NCBI RefSeq assembly: GCF_009914755.1
Contig: NC_060934.1
DNA: 64,000 bases
Reading direction: 5' to 3' (one strand)
DNA from: the human T2T-CHM13v2.0 reference genome, Homo sapiens
Within the stretch, counting starts at the first letter, position 1. Every line of letters starts with the position of its first letter. Under the pieces are notes generated by a model. That model did no database searches. It was not told the DNA's origin and worked only from the letters and a program-made list of their open reading frames with translations. Positions 45,779 through 63,985 of this stretch are shown one piece after another. The translations under genes were made by a program, and so were the position numbers.

Positions 45779-47699
45779 GGGAGCTGAAAAAAGGCCTCTC
45801 TCACTCCATCTTGAAGGAAACTGCCTTAGGGCATCTGTCCTTATTGAGGAAATGAATGTGGGGAAACAAGTTGTTTCCATATGGAAAATTATACATCAAT
45901 TTCCACTTTGTCATTCAGGTAGGAAACACACCTGGACTACTCTCTTCTATTCTGCTCCTATCTTCATAGGATAAGAACTATGATTCTTGCCAATAACAGC
46001 CTGGGGAATGCTTTGCATGTTTTATATTTACGTGCAACTGTGGTAATATCATGGAAGTATGGGTATTCCAGGGCCTATTCTAATGCCCTCATTGACACGA
46101 GGGTTCATTTGGTCAAGTCTCCTGGACAGGTGTGCTCTTTCTTGTATTCCATTCTATTGTGTATCTTTCAAAACTACAAACTTGAATGGTCAGGATGATA
46201 GATGGGGCTGTGCTTCAGGTCAAGGGAGATCATAAGATGCAGAAAAATTGCCATCTGCAAAAAGCAAAACGCAATGAAGTGAAATGCAATCCTGAGTGAC
46301 TGTTTCTCATCTTTAGTGAGGCATTGAAGAAAAGATGCAATTACTCATTCATCTGAGAAAAGGAAACCTAGGGTGCACCCAGTTCAGAAGCCTAAAAGAA
46401 GATCTGCTAGAATTTCTAACTTAGGAAATACCAGTCTTTAGGATGGGGTAGCTAGGTCACTGACAGGAAGGTGGGGGTCCCTCCCTTCAAAGAAAAATGG
46501 TAGGATTGTATCTGGTTCTGGATCTAATTCAACTTGACTACTTAGCAGTAAAGATAAATTGGACCCAAAGAGAAAACTGAAAATCACATTTTCCTGGCAA
46601 GTCCTTCAATGGGCTTAGTGTGTTTAGATTTATGAGGGAGTGAATGACCTTCTCTGCCACAGTTTTTTACATTTTCGTTTTTCCAGGACTGATTTTCCAT
46701 CTGGCCTAACCAGAGTCTGAAGTTGCTGAATCAAACAGAGCCAATAGGTCGGACTTGAGCTGACTGGAGCATGCACAGAGCTGGGAAGCACAAGTATGTT
46801 CCTTTTGTAAAGGGCTATCAACCAGATGCCTCCTCCTCCCTCCTCCCAGCCTGCCTCAGATCATGGCCCTGAAAGAGAAGACATCCTGTTTTTCCAACTC
46901 AAGAGACACCACTGCAGGGGGAGCAGTAGCAGGCTTGGGGACGTTTTCCACTCAAGAAGCTGGCTATGGGAAGAGGTGGGATGACAGTATTAAATGCAAG
47001 GACATTGTCAGACAGACCTGGTTCCTATGCCAGATTCCCAGGTTGGTGGGGGGCGGGTGGGAAGGGTCAGGGAAGGCCAGGGTTTTCTACTCATCTCTAG
47101 CAACCCCAGAGAAAACGTGGAAGAGCAGTGCAAAGTTTCCACACACCCGAGAAGAGTTCAAGAGTAGCAGAGCACTGATAAACCCAGGTATCCGGCAGAA
47201 GTGAAAAAGTACATTATAAGAGAAAGCCGCAAGACCAGGTGAGGTAATGAACATTGCTGGAGTGCTAGTAACCAGAGGTGGGATACATCTCAGGAGAGGC
47301 AGGCTTTGCCAGAATACCATGTAGGCTACCCCACGCAGGTGCCATCTAAAGGAGATGGAAGACAATAGAGAAAATCCAGAATTAACTGAATTTTAACATG
47401 AAAAGATTGAGAAAACAGAGAAGTTTTCTATAAATAATTAACATTGCATGTTATAATGTTAAGTAAATTAAGTTACATTATACAAAATAATATTATCAAT
47501 TTTGCACACTCAAGTTTGTGGCTTAAGAAAATTCAAACCTGCTTATCAATGTACCATTCTCTATTGTTCCTACAGCTTACCCTGTATTTCATGCAATACA
47601 AAGGAAGATGGCTGTTTGGGGTTGCCGTGTCTCTTAGCAATTAAGGAGATGGCTACAGCCAAGCAGTGTGAAGTGACAGCACCAGAAAGTTTTCTACAC

Positions 47700-48022
47700 C
47701 AGAGGTTAGAAAATATTTTCTTTAAAGAGCCAAGTAATGAATATTTTAGGCTTTGCCAACTATACAGTCTCTGTTGCAATTCTTCAACTCTGCCCTTATA
47801 GCACAATACATAAATGAATGGGCCAGGCTATGTTCCCATTAAATTTTATTTATGGAAACTGAAATATGAATTTTATATTATTTTTCTGTTTCACCAAATA
47901 TTATTATTCTTTTGATTCCTTTAAAGTAATATAAAAATGTAAAAACTATTCTTAGCTCATAGGCCATGCAAACACAGGAGGTAGGCTGGATTTGACTACC
48001 GGAAGTAGTTTACTAGCCCTTG
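47700..48022. mobile_element. MER58 (B-like) hAT-Charlie
   Basis: aatattttaggctttgc...tacagtctctgttgcaa...aaaatgtaaaaactattcttagctc...gtagttt. Confidence 0.8.
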
Positions 48023-48447
48023 TTTTTGGCTGGTCACTGATCTCCACACCATGGAAGGAATTAATGTATTCAGGCTCATGGCCCTGGGTAAAAAGGTCCA
48101 CCTGCTTAGGAAAGTGCTCAGGAGATAAAATCCTCCTGGGAATCACATAATCTTTTTTTTTTTTTTAACATCTTTTTCTCTTCCTTTGTCCTGTGGCTTT
48201 TCACGTGGTTTCAAGACAAGTGTCAAACTTTACATTTGACTTAGAAAAGCCACAACTCATATTCAGACTCCTTCTGCAGTGGCAGAAGACTGCTGGGCTC
48301 TAAGCCCCAGGAAGACGGGGACTGTGTGTCTTTTTCCTTGCTACTATATTGCTGGGGTCTAATGTAGCATCTGACAGAGTAAGGCACTAAATAAATGTTT
48401 GTTGATTGAATGACTAAGTGATTAAAAAGTCCCTTTAAAGCACTTTT

Positions 48448-48758
48448 TTTTTGGTGTTTTTTGTTTTTTGTTTTTGAGATGGAGTCTCGCTCTCTTGCCC
48501 AGGCTGGAGTGCAGTGGCACGATCTTGGCTCATTAGAACCTCTGCCTCCGAGGTTCAAGTGATTCTCCTGCCTCAGCCTACCGAGTAGCTGGTATTACAG
48601 GCGCCTGCCACCACATCTGGCTAATTTTTGTATTTTTTAGTAGAGACGGGGTTTTCCCGTGTTGGCCAGGCTGGTCTTGAACTCCTGACCTCAGGTGATC
48701 TGCCCGCCTCAGCCTCTCAAAGTGCAGGGATTACAGGCGTGAGCCACCGTGCCCAGCC
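48448..48758 (-). mobile_element. AluSx-like
   Basis: ctgacctcaggtgatctgcccgcctc; TSD aagcactttt (48438-48447 / 48760-48769). Confidence 0.93.
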
Positions 48759-50244
48759 CAAGCACTTTTAAAAACTGTTTTGTTACTCCATCTTACATGT
48801 GTTACACAACTCTCACTTTAAAAATGTCTGTAACAGTGATTTAGAATTCAGAAGACTCATCACGCATAAATAGATTTCCTTCAAAAGCTGGACAAAAATT
48901 TTATGTCAGCGTGAAACTGCAAAATCATTGTTAGCTATGTTTAAAAGAAAACCTGTTTGCACCAAGAAGTGAAAGAAAAGTAACTGCAAATATCAGAGAC
49001 TGGTCTTAGTAAGGAAGCAGCCACCTGGGCCTCTCTCCTGACATTAATGTTGTGCCTGCCATTTGGCCTATGGAGGTGGTTTCTACCATTATGCCCATGA
49101 TATGAAAAAGCTACCTGGGTAACAAAAGACTGGGAAACTTACCAGAGACCCACGACATGGGAGGAGCTGATGCTGAAAATCCTTCTGCTCTGTTCTAAGC
49201 TGGCAGCTTCTCTCCCCATTAAGCCACACAACATCTAGGCAGAACAGAGCAAACTCGGAGAAAACCACACAGATTTTGGCTGTATGGATTCAGCATTTTA
49301 TCTGAACAATCATCTTAGCTCTCCTTTTAAAGTTTTCTTTTCTTTTTAAAATCTCAAGTGAATTTGCAAAGGGAGGTATGAGAATGTGGGGGAATTGGGG
49401 ATGAAAACTAGTGTGTGGTACCAAGAAGAGGCAAAAGAAAAAGATCAAAGATTAGCTTTCCTAAACTGGGTGGCACCTTGGCACTGAATCCTGGGAACAG
49501 ATGCTGGCTGATTTGAATTAAAAAAGAGCAAAAGTAACCAAAGATAAGAAATAATTGGCTAAAAAATACAAAACCATACTTCTGACTAGGGACAATAAAA
49601 TGTTCCAAGCAGATGTTAGAATAACTGACTTTTAAAAACCAAGCTCAAAGAAAATAGGGAAAGAGACTCATTGCTAAATATTTTTCCCTCAATTGTGAAT
49701 TAAGACATGGTCAGAGGAGAAGAGACCCTTTCCAGAATCTCAGCAGGATAAATCAACCTTGTGGAGGCCTTTGTGTTCCTGGAGAATGATGTCAGAACCC
49801 ACCCCAGGAAGAAGAAAGAAATGTTTGCACTAAAGGTCACTTGAGAACTATAAAGAAAAATGCTATTTGTGATGACCTAGAAATCCTTCCAGGAAGAAGA
49901 GGAGTCAACTCACTGTTTTGGAATCAGTGGGGAAAAAAACAACAAAACTTTTCTGGTGAAAAACATTCCGAGGGTCATTTAGACATTCTAAGAAAGTCAA
50001 TAAAACTTTGAGAGAAAAGAATCCCGGAGTAGGATTATGGGAAAATTATGTTTTTCTTAACTGTTTAAAGCATGTTGTGCATTTACATATGTGTTGGTCA
50101 TACAAAGATAATTGGAAAGGTTTCTGGCAGTAAGCAGAAGGCAGGGACTGACGGCCTCTCTACCCTATTTACTGTTGACCCTGAGAATCCTTGGGGTAAT
50201 CAGATATGCGTGGCTCACAGAGATATCCAGGGGTTTAGAAGAAA

Positions 50245-50680
50245 GAACACTAGCCTGTGAATCAGAAGACCTGGCGTCACATTTCAGCTCTATGGCCTTC
50301 TAACAGGAGAACTGCTGCATGCCATTTAACCTTTCAAAGCTTTAGTCTCCTTATCAGTTAAGTGAAGATAATGTGTGTTCCTTGTGGGAATATTGTTAAA
50401 TGCAGTCCCTATACAGAATAGACACATAGTCGGAGCTCAGTAGTAGTAGACTTGAATCTGTTGCCTGCCTCAGAATTAACTTACTAGCTATCTATATTGA
50501 GCACTCGCTATGTGTAAGTCTGTTATTCACACCGTCTTGGTTTTCCCAACAGCCCTATGACTAGGGGCAATTGTTATCCCCTTTATACAGATAAAGTCAC
50601 TGAGGCTGGAGAGGTTAAGAAACTTGCTAGTGGTAAGTGGTCAAGTCAGGCAGCCTGGCTCCAAGCCCCTGCTCTTATCT
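50245..50680. mobile_element. Two MIRs in opposite orientation (about 50245-50440 plus strand; about 50480-50680 minus strand)
   Basis: gaatcagaagacctgg...catttaacct; ttatcccctttatacagataaagtcactgaggctggagaggttaag. Confidence 0.65.
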
Positions 50681-52681
50681 GACCAAATATGAGGGGAAGA
50701 TTTACTGAACTTATACCACCTTCTTCCTCTTTGTTTCTGTTATGACCCAGGGAACAAGATGAAGAGGTTTTCCTCTCTCAGAAGCATAAAAAGCTACTGA
50801 CCTCATCCCAATAACAAAAGTTAAAAAGAATGACTTTAAATACAAAAGATACGGTAATAATGACGCTTTATGGTCCAGGCAGTATTCTAGGTGCTTTTTT
50901 ATATAGGCTAATTAATTAATTTAACAACCTTCTTAGGTAGGTGCTACCATCTCCACCATGTTATGCGGGGACTCAAGCAAATGTGCAGAGCCCTTGGAGC
51001 TCCAAAGACTGCTTTCAACCATCGTACTATACAGGCTGTCCAACACTGGGCTCTCAGAGGCAAGCCAACAGGCAATTATGGATGCTGCCTTGGCTAGGTA
51101 TCAGGGGTGGAAGGCATATGGTCAGCAATGTAGTCTCAGGGCAAACTGTGAATTGAAGTTAAAAGAAAAGTGATATTTATTGACAGCTTATAATTTAAGT
51201 GAGTAGGAATATTTTAAGTTAATAATGCCCTAACTGGGGATCCAAGTCCTTGGACTTCACCAAAGAAAATAACAGGGGTTCAGGAGCTATTTTTAATATT
51301 TCAAAATGCCTGTTAGTATGTCACTAATCATATAAAATATAGTCTTTGTGTATGGTAACAGAGTCTTAAAGGAGAAAACTTTTAGGGAAAAATTCATAGA
51401 CTTGAGCAAATTTTCAAGTATTCCTAATTCTGGAAACAAGCGAATTTCTCTCCTGTCAGAGTTGAAATAATCCTTATGCATGTCAAATTTACCCTAATAG
51501 AGAAGATACTCATTATCAAAGCAAATGCAACAAGACTCAAAGACTTCAGGAAAGAAGTTGCCGGCAGACATTAAAGGCAATTTTAGCCATTTACTTAGAA
51601 TTGCCAGTCACTGTAGGAGCAGAAGAGGCATTTTTCTGCCAACTGGTTGAAGCTTGTGCCAGAATGATCCTGCTGTTTCTTAATTGTCCTAAAAGCTCGT
51701 AGCCAGCAATTTCCCTGCCAAGCCTGACCTCACTTTCATGTTTTTTGTAATATGCAGATCACGAAGTGTCCCATTCAGAGTGGGAAAACAAGAAATTACT
51801 TCCTCATCCTTACTCTTGGAGCTCATCACATAATCTGTATGATGTCTCTGTAAAATAATACATCAATGGCCATCTCAAAGCCTTCTGTGCCATTTTTTAG
51901 TACCACTGTCCTTGCCTATGTTTGAACATATGATTAATCCTCATGGCAAACTTGTAAGAGAGGGGACAACAGTGTTGTTCCCATTTATGAGTGATAAACC
52001 AACAGAATTATGACTGATGGACATACGAATCTATGTGTGGTGTATTAAGTTGAAAGCTGCATAATGAAATTTAGAGCATGCTTTCTTTTTTTATATAAAA
52101 GAAAAGGCATGTAACTGTGTATGTCTGTGCATGCATATGCAGGTGTGTACAGAGGTGAGATATAAAAGCTCAGAAAAGATTTTGTGATATACAATCTAGT
52201 TACTTCCTAAGGTGGTAATGTTACCTCCTAACAGTTACCTCCTAAAATGGGAGTAAGTGAAAGAAGCTACCGAGAATGTTCACTTTTATATCTATGCACC
52301 TCTGTATTGTTTTAATGTTTTGCAATAAGCATATATTGTTTTTATAATGTCAAAAAGAATTTTTAAAAAGAGAAAAGGTATAAAGTTAGTGATAGATGTT
52401 CTCCACAATCAACAGCCCTATCTAGTTTATTCCATTGGATCCAGATTTTCAGAGCAATTTTAAATAGACATTAGAAAAACCTTCCTCAACTCTGGAAGAA
52501 AATATTTGCTTGGTATTCGAGTCTTGGGGAAGCAACCTTCTACTTAATGCTTTTTGGAGGCCCTTGCTCCTAGATGGAATGGAGACTCAGTTGGGATGAC
52601 CAGAGGCTTCCGTCAACCAGCTCCTTGGGTTCATGGAGTTCTTTGAGGAGCAAAATCAATATGTAAAAAATGGGAATGCAG

Positions 52682-56709
<4,028 letters not shown>

Positions 56710-56844
56710 AAAAATGAGAATGCAGTCTTAGTTATTTATTTAGATTTTTGTACAAGTTTTTTATAAGGTTCCATAATAAAGGCAATTTGGGGATGAATAG
56801 TCTACATAGCAAACTCCTTCCATCCAACTAGGAATGTGACCTAG

Positions 56845-57060
56845 GAATGGTGGTATAGTAGAAACAGCAAAAATTTGAATTTTGATAGACTTTTATTCAC
56901 ATCCTAACTGCTATTTAAGAGAGGTTTGGCCTCAGACAATCTACTTAGTGTCTCTGAAACTCTGCTCCCTCAGCTATAAAATAGAATAATAGAGACATGA
57001 AAGGTTATATGTAAAGGGCATCACATAATACCTGGCTCATGGAAGGTGGTCAAAAATTCC
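56845..57060 (+). mobile_element. MIR
   Basis: ggtggtatagtagaaacagc...ctacttagtgtctctgaaactctgctccctcagctataaaatag. Confidence 0.65.
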
Positions 57061-58704
57061 TAGGCTAATAAAAAGGTGTAAATGATTTTTAATCTATATT
57101 GACATTTGTAGTGAACAAATAAGAAAACTTAGAATTGTGGAAGATTGTCAGGAGATAGTGATGATTCTGTCCATGGTATAGTCACTCCATCATATTGTCT
57201 ATCAGGCCAGGTCATTCCATCATACTGCACAAAAACTACTTGAGATGTATATCTTACTGAGGAAGAGCCAATAGTGTCAACTCTGCATATGAAACACCCA
57301 ACATGCAAAAACTAGAAAGTGATCCATTTGTAGATTTAGTTGTAATTGGGCCGTGTTTGCAATTGGAGGTGTCTAGCTCTGGCATCTTCTCAGACATTCT
57401 GCATCAAACAGAGATGACAAAATCTATTAAATTTCTTAGAAACATTTCTCTGATGACTAGACTTGGCCGTGGAGAGTGAAAACCAACCAAAGGAAAATTT
57501 CTTGGTACTTGCTGAATAACAGGCACACACTGGTGACTGAGGAGTTCCAATGTGGCAAATCCAAAGAAGACACTTGAGAAGAACTAAACCAAACTGTATT
57601 TGTAGGAAGATAGGTTTTAGGTTCTCCAACATACCCCTGGAAAGACACCTGGATGTCTGTCTTTCATTCACCTCATATTTGTAAGCAAGACACCACATTA
57701 GGCCCTATAGGAGGTTTAAAGACTCATAGTCCAAAAACTCATAGTCTCATAAAATTACAGAAGACAATGACTCACTAGGTCATCTAAGATTCAAATGCAC
57801 TGATTGTAATGATCATTAAATAGCTTCCCTGGAAAGTGTTCCCTGTAATGCTTCTACCATTAGCTGATATCAAATGCTACGTTTTCACATGGAAGAGCCC
57901 TAAGTCTTGCAATAAACCATCAAAAAGATACAAAAGAGGACCATGAAGACCCTCTTTGAGACCATGGTCTTGGTACTGAAGTTCTTGCTCTATAATTTTT
58001 CATCTCCCTGTCTACTGGTTGACCACCAGCAGCACTACTTTCAGGTCATTGATGAAGAGAAGTGACTTTACAAGAGTGTGAGGAGTACTGGGACATGTTT
58101 AAAGAATGCCTGTCTTATAGGATGAGGGCAGTTTTTAGAGTCCAGCCCCTTCCTTTTTCTGTCTGGCTTTCTAAATCTGAATTTTTCTTCTTAATCCCAC
58201 TTGCTGCTGTATCTCTTCAAATACTGACGACTTCCCCTCGGCTGTCCTTGTCCTGAAGCAATAAGACTCTCTGATCTGCCCTTCAGAATTCCCACTCCCC
58301 AGATCCTAGGAAAATGGGAACCTTGGGTACTATGAGGAGTTGCTAATTGGATGATGATACTCCCTTGTCAACACACCCCAAAATTTTCCCATAGACTAGC
58401 TTCTCACAGACATCATCTTCCATACCTTCTGCTGTTTTTCATGATTCTCTCTTTCCCAAATGGCTGCTAGCAACCAAAGCCTGCACTCCATCTCAAAGCT
58501 GTTGCCCAGCCAGTGTGAAACTCCAACACAAATTACGCTTTATTCATTTAGACTGTTAATTGGTGGATTGTGTTCTCATGATGCCTCCATGGCCACGATT
58601 GAGTCAGTTCACTTCTCCGAGCTCCAGGTGACTAGATGAGGAAAACTCCATCCTTGACAAAGCCATGTTCATTGGGCACTCACATGCAAACACATGTACA
58701 TACA

Positions 58705-58930
58705 TGTAATTTCAGAATGAGTTATGAAGGTAGTTTGCATTTCCAGCTTCATTGTTTACTAGAATGTATAATCGTGGGCAAGTTAGTTCTCTGAGTCTCA
58801 GTTTCTTCACCTGTGAAGTGGAGAAGATGATACCCATTTCTATGTTCTATGAGTAGAGAATGAAATTATATGGGAGAAGAACTTAGAAGGGCCCAGGCTC
58901 AGAGAAAGGATGATTCACAAATATTAATGG
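58705..58930 (+). mobile_element. MIR
   Basis: gggcaagttagttctctgagtctcagtttcttcacctgtgaagtgg. Confidence 0.7.
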
Positions 58931-61429
58931 TGAATAAACATCTAAAAGTATTTTAGCATCACTAATAATCAAAGAGGAAGAAGGAGCAGGAATGTAGGGC
59001 AGGCAATATCAACAAAATTGTAAACAACCAAAATGGCCCACAATAGGCAGCTGGTTATATCTGAATACAGTGGAATATCTTGGAAATTTCAGGTTACAAA
59101 ACACAGGGAAAGATTTAGTAAATGTTTGTTTCCATCATTGCTTTTCTCTCATTCATAGGATCTTGCAAGTGTCGCATGCTCTCCAAAGGCCCCAGCCCAC
59201 CCTGCCCCCCACCACCCTTATTTTCTTCCTTCTTTTCTATCATATTAACTAAATGATTCTTCAGTTTTCCTCTATTTTTCTCCATTTGCAGTGAAAGTGA
59301 TAGAGGGCTGCAAAGAGAATGGATTTGCGCCCTTTAAATGTTCCACTTCCCACTAACTAAGGAATTATAGCAGTTGTACTTATACTTCTTTAGCCTTGGT
59401 AGCCAGTAAAAACAATATGATTAAACTGTAGAGCTGACCCTGAATTTCACTGAGACCAGTCTAACCATTTAAATCATAACTTTATGAACAACTTTTTATT
59501 GCCATCACATCATATTCTTGTGAGGAAAAGCCAACAGCAATATTAGATGACTTCCTGAAAATATTTTCTCAAACATTTTTTCTGTGAAAATTATACTATA
59601 GGAAAAATTTGTGTATAATTTTAATATCTCTTTTATTTTTTCTTATAATTTATTTTGATTTGGCTTTCCTGTTTCATGTTTATTCTAGAAAATTGGAAAT
59701 TACAGAAAAATATTTGGAAGAATTAAAATTATTCATAGTTATACTTCCAAAAATAAATATTGTTGATATTTGGAGAGTATTCTTTTTAAATGCTTTTATT
59801 TTGAAAGCTAAGAACATATTTGCATATATAGTTTGTGACCTGATTTCTTGATATTTTATGATGCCAATACAATTTTTTTATTAACAGAAATTTCCAAGAT
59901 ATTCCATAGTATCCAGATTTAACCAATTGCCTGTTGGGGGCCATTTTGGTTGTTTTCAACTTTATTGCTTTTGCCTGCCCTACATTGCTTCTCCTTCTTC
60001 CTCTTTGATAATTAGCGATGCTAAAATACTTTTCTGTGTTTATTCACCATTAACATGTGTGAATCATCAGTTCTGAGCATTTTAAGTATCTCTTTTATTT
60101 ATTTTTATAATGATGGTGGTGGCCATAATCACTGTCTTCATTGTGGCACTTGGGACCAGGAATTATCAAGGCCAGGTTAGCTCAGAGACCCAGATGAAGA
60201 AAAGAATTGCAGACAGGAACAGATTTGCTCTCATTCCCAGCATTGACCTTCCCGAAACTGGCATTCCCTGGCACCAGGTGGTTTTGAAAAGAGTTGTTTT
60301 TGATGCCACAGAAATCTATTGGAAAGTGGACTTCCAAGCACACCCAGTCCTGGTGTGTATTCTGCAGCTGGATGAGAAGCTGAGCAAGTCATGGGTCTTC
60401 TGAAGACAGCTTTAAGTTCAGCTAGAGGAATGAAATCCTAGGAAATAGTGAAATAAAACACAAAACATATTTTAAAATTTATAAACAGAAATTGTTCCTC
60501 AAGGGAGGAATTAATTTTCTTCTAAATTATTCCTTTTTTGCCTGGATTGTTACCTTAAGGCCCAGGTCAACTCTCTACATGGAAATCTTCAGAGGACAGA
60601 GAATAGAAAATAAACACTCATGCTCCAAATTTGGGCTTGTACACCAACCAGGACCTTTTCACGGCCACCTTCCTGCCAGGCTCACTGATAACCAGGTTTC
60701 ACAAGTCAGGGAAGGCAAGTCTAACGTGGAGGACAATTAGAGATGTTGGTTCTTTCTCCAAGGATAAAAACCAGTTATTTTACCTGTCACCCTAAAAAGT
60801 TTCTGGGATGTCATCTGGCATATGTCCTAGCCTTGATGTTTCATAACCTCTACAACTTTTGGGCACACAAAAAAAATTCACATAGTCTCATCTATAAGGA
60901 CATAACACTCTTGAACTTAGAAATGAAATCTTCAGCTTCTTTAGAACTCCCACTGCACAGAAGCTGCTCTAATCTGTCAGACTAGGAGTCACTCTGAAGG
61001 TGTATTGCTTTGCTAGGTGCAAGTACCCTGGAGGGCTGGCAGTCCCCTGGAGGGATGGATGTCACTGACTGAAAGGAAGGAAGTGGGCTGGAGCAAAGTC
61101 AAAGGCTGAGAACTTGAATCAAACATGAATTAGCTTATGCCAGTGCCCACTCAATGCCCTCCTCTCACCTCATATCACTTTGAGTAGAAGCCAGTGTTCT
61201 TACAATGGCCTACAAGGTCCCCCATGATCTGGGCTACAATACTCCCTGCTTACCTCTCTCTCCTCCCTTTCCTTCTACTATCCATTCCACTCTGCACAAT
61301 GACAGAGAGTGGAACAAAGTTGTTCCCCCTGCCTATAAGAATGTGGGGTCAGCTTGAAAGCTAAGGCTAATCCTGAGAGCCTAACAGCTGGATGCTATCA
61401 GATAACTGCATTTCTAGAAGCTGAACAGC

Positions 61430-61770
61430 ACGTTCTTTCTTGAAGGGAAATCCAAGTGGTTTATTTCCATGGCTGCCACTCTCCCAAAAGTTATTTTTCC
61501 CAAGAGACTTTCCCCATAACCACCCCCTAACCTACCAACCATGTCTGGGTTGGATGTCCCAACTATGTGCTCTCTCAGCATCCTGTGTCCCCGCATTACT
61601 GCACATTCACACAGAGTGCAATTGCTCATTTACTTATCTTTTCTCCCACTAGGCTGAGAACAGGGGCTGTGCAGTCATATTCAATATTGAGTCCCCAACC
61701 CTAACCCGGACCTGGCACATACAAGACATTCAGCAGATGGCTATTGAATGAAAATATATAAATGAATCAA
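61430..61770 (+). mobile_element. L2 3' end
   Basis: ctcccactaggctgagaacaggggctgtg...cctggcacatacaagacattcagcagatggctattgaatga. Confidence 0.7.
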
Positions 61771-62257
61771 CGATTACCAGCTGCCTCCACTCCCTTAACC
61801 TGCTACAGAATTAATAAACTAATCTTGAGCATAGTGGATATATAAAAATAAAAGTATCGTTGAGGACTGTCAGGCCAGCCTCTCTGTACTGGTTGCTACA
61901 TTCTGCTTGTTGATTTATGCTACTAATTACTGTCACTTTTATTTTGGATTTGGACAGAAAACAAGAGTGTTACTTAAAGGAAGGCTTCCAAATTTCTAAG
62001 TGTAGGGAACCCTGCTAAGGACATGGAGCTTCAAAGGGCTCACAAGAAATTTATCACACATATGTGTGCACATGCATATGGCACACACACTCAACTTTGT
62101 AACATGTAGTAGACCACATCTAGAATAATATAAAATTTCTATCGCAAACAATCAGCTCTTGACCCTCCAAGCCCATGGCTGAGTTAAAGATGATATGGCA
62201 TCCCTGTAAAGATCAGAAGGAAAATAGTAGAGAAGAACCCAGAGTTTCCCTCTAAAC

Positions 62258-62488
62258 CAGGGTGTGTTTCTTTTTTTTTCTTTCTTTTTTTTTTTTTTTT
62301 TTTTTTTTTAGCATGTGTTTCGAAACCTTGGCTTTACAACAGAATCACCTGGTGGGCTTTTAAAAATGTCAACACTCAGACCACACCTAAGACCAATTAC
62401 ATCAGAATTTCTAGGGAAGCGAACCAGGGAATTATTTTTTCAAGTACCCCTGGTGCTTCCACCATGCAGCCAAGGCTGAGAACCACTG
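62258..62488. mobile_element. MER5A carrying a poly(T) insert near one terminus
   Basis: cagaatcacctgg...aatt.catcagaattt...gcagccaaggctgagaaccactg; TSD ctctaaac / ctctagat. Confidence 0.8.
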
Positions 62489-63344
62489 CTCTAGATTCTT
62501 CCTCCCCTTGAGCCCTACTATGTGCCGGCGTTATATGGGGCAATGTCTTTTCCTTCAATTTATTGATGTAAAATGTTATCCACTTTACATGGCCAAGCCT
62601 ACACCCTGGAAGGGAAGCAATTTTATAAGCCCTCATTATTTACTCTATATGGTCGGGGCACTAGGAAAATAAGAAAAAAAATGTTTTTTTTTTTTTTTTT
62701 TTTTGCACTCACTTGCTTAAGCTATCCCCTTAATACCTAAAGGGAAGCCTTTAGTATAATTTTTTATAAGAACAGTGACAGTAAGACTATTTGGGAACTG
62801 AAGCCATTCCATAGATGAACTCTACAAAGTTTAATGTACACACTTCAATTTACATGCGATGAGATAAAATTGTTAATGTTTGGAGGTTCGCAGCTTTCTC
62901 CCTCCATCTTTGCCCACTAAGCTCCTTATTTCTCCTTCACTTTCTATTAATAAAAGGGAAAAAGTCAGATGCTCGTGAACAATTAGCATAGAACCAACCC
63001 TCAATCTCCAGGGTGCTTCTTGGAGCTGGGGATATGATTCATCTAGAGCCTGTGTAGACTTACACATGGCCCAGAGAAGAGAAGGGATCAAGGGACCAAG
63101 GGGGCAGAGACATGGCAGAAGAAATAGAAGCCCAAAGGAATATAGGGGTGCTAAAGATAGAAGCAGACAAGAGATTTTAATGAATTTCTAAGGACTAAGT
63201 GTTTGGACTCATTTACATGTTTTTGAGAGTGCGAAGTGTAAAGACTAAACCTGCTGTGTAGGCCATGCTACTGAACTCTAACCACCCTCTGGACAGGATG
63301 GCAGGGTCATGCCTTTATGTGAGTTGCATGAATGCACTGAGTGG

Positions 63345-63473
63345 GCAGGTCCACCACTGGAGCACTCAAAATGTGGCTAGTACAACAGAGGTACTGCATT
63401 TTCACATTTTGTTGGTTTTAGCTAATTTAAATAGGCAAATGTGGCTAGTGGCTACCCATACTGAACAGTGCAG
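63345..63473. mobile_element. MER3-like hAT fragment
   Basis: gagcactcaaaatgtggctagtacaac...atgtggctagtggctacccatactgaacagtgcag. Confidence 0.75.
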
Positions 63474-63699
63474 GCCTACAGTGCTTAATCACAGGACACA
63501 CACCTATCTGTTTATGCATGTATGGACACCTACTTACATAAATGGTTTTGTATTTGCACATAATTATATACCCTCATATCTCAAGAATATACATACAGAC
63601 ACAACTAGACACAATTGCAAAAACAAGACACCTAGTCTTGTGGAAAGATAAAAAGAATAAAAATTAAAATTGGAATTATTGCATGGGTCCATGTAGGGA

Positions 63700-63985
63700 G
63701 ATTTGACACAAGAAGAATTGGAGCAAAAAGCACATGGGTGTGTTGGACAACAGGATGAATTTGGGATGATGCTTTGATAACAAAAAATGAAGGAAAGAAA
63801 ATCCTGTGAGACCACCAGTGGTTTAGGAATACAAGCAGCTTTGTTTCCCTTGATCTTTTAATCTTTCAGCAAAAGACCTTTACAAATGACATACATCCTT
63901 CAAAGGTGGACTTGACTGTCAAGGATTGCCCTGATAACTGGGAAGAACTCCAAAGGGCATAGATAGAAAAGGGAAGAAAGCACTT
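63700..63985 (+). mobile_element. Possible highly degenerate L3/CR1 fragment
   Basis: Weak similarity to recalled CR1 ORF2 blocks (gtgttggacaacaggatgaat; gataactgggaagaactccaaag). Confidence 0.3.

Noticed and set aside
60110-60403. 97-aa ORF with a hydrophobic, signal-peptide-like start
   Set aside because: No recognisable homology, promoter or splice context, and the length is within chance expectation.
62684-62704. T21 tract as a second orphan poly(A) insertion
   Set aside because: No flanking duplication is visible, so I treated it as a simple homopolymer.
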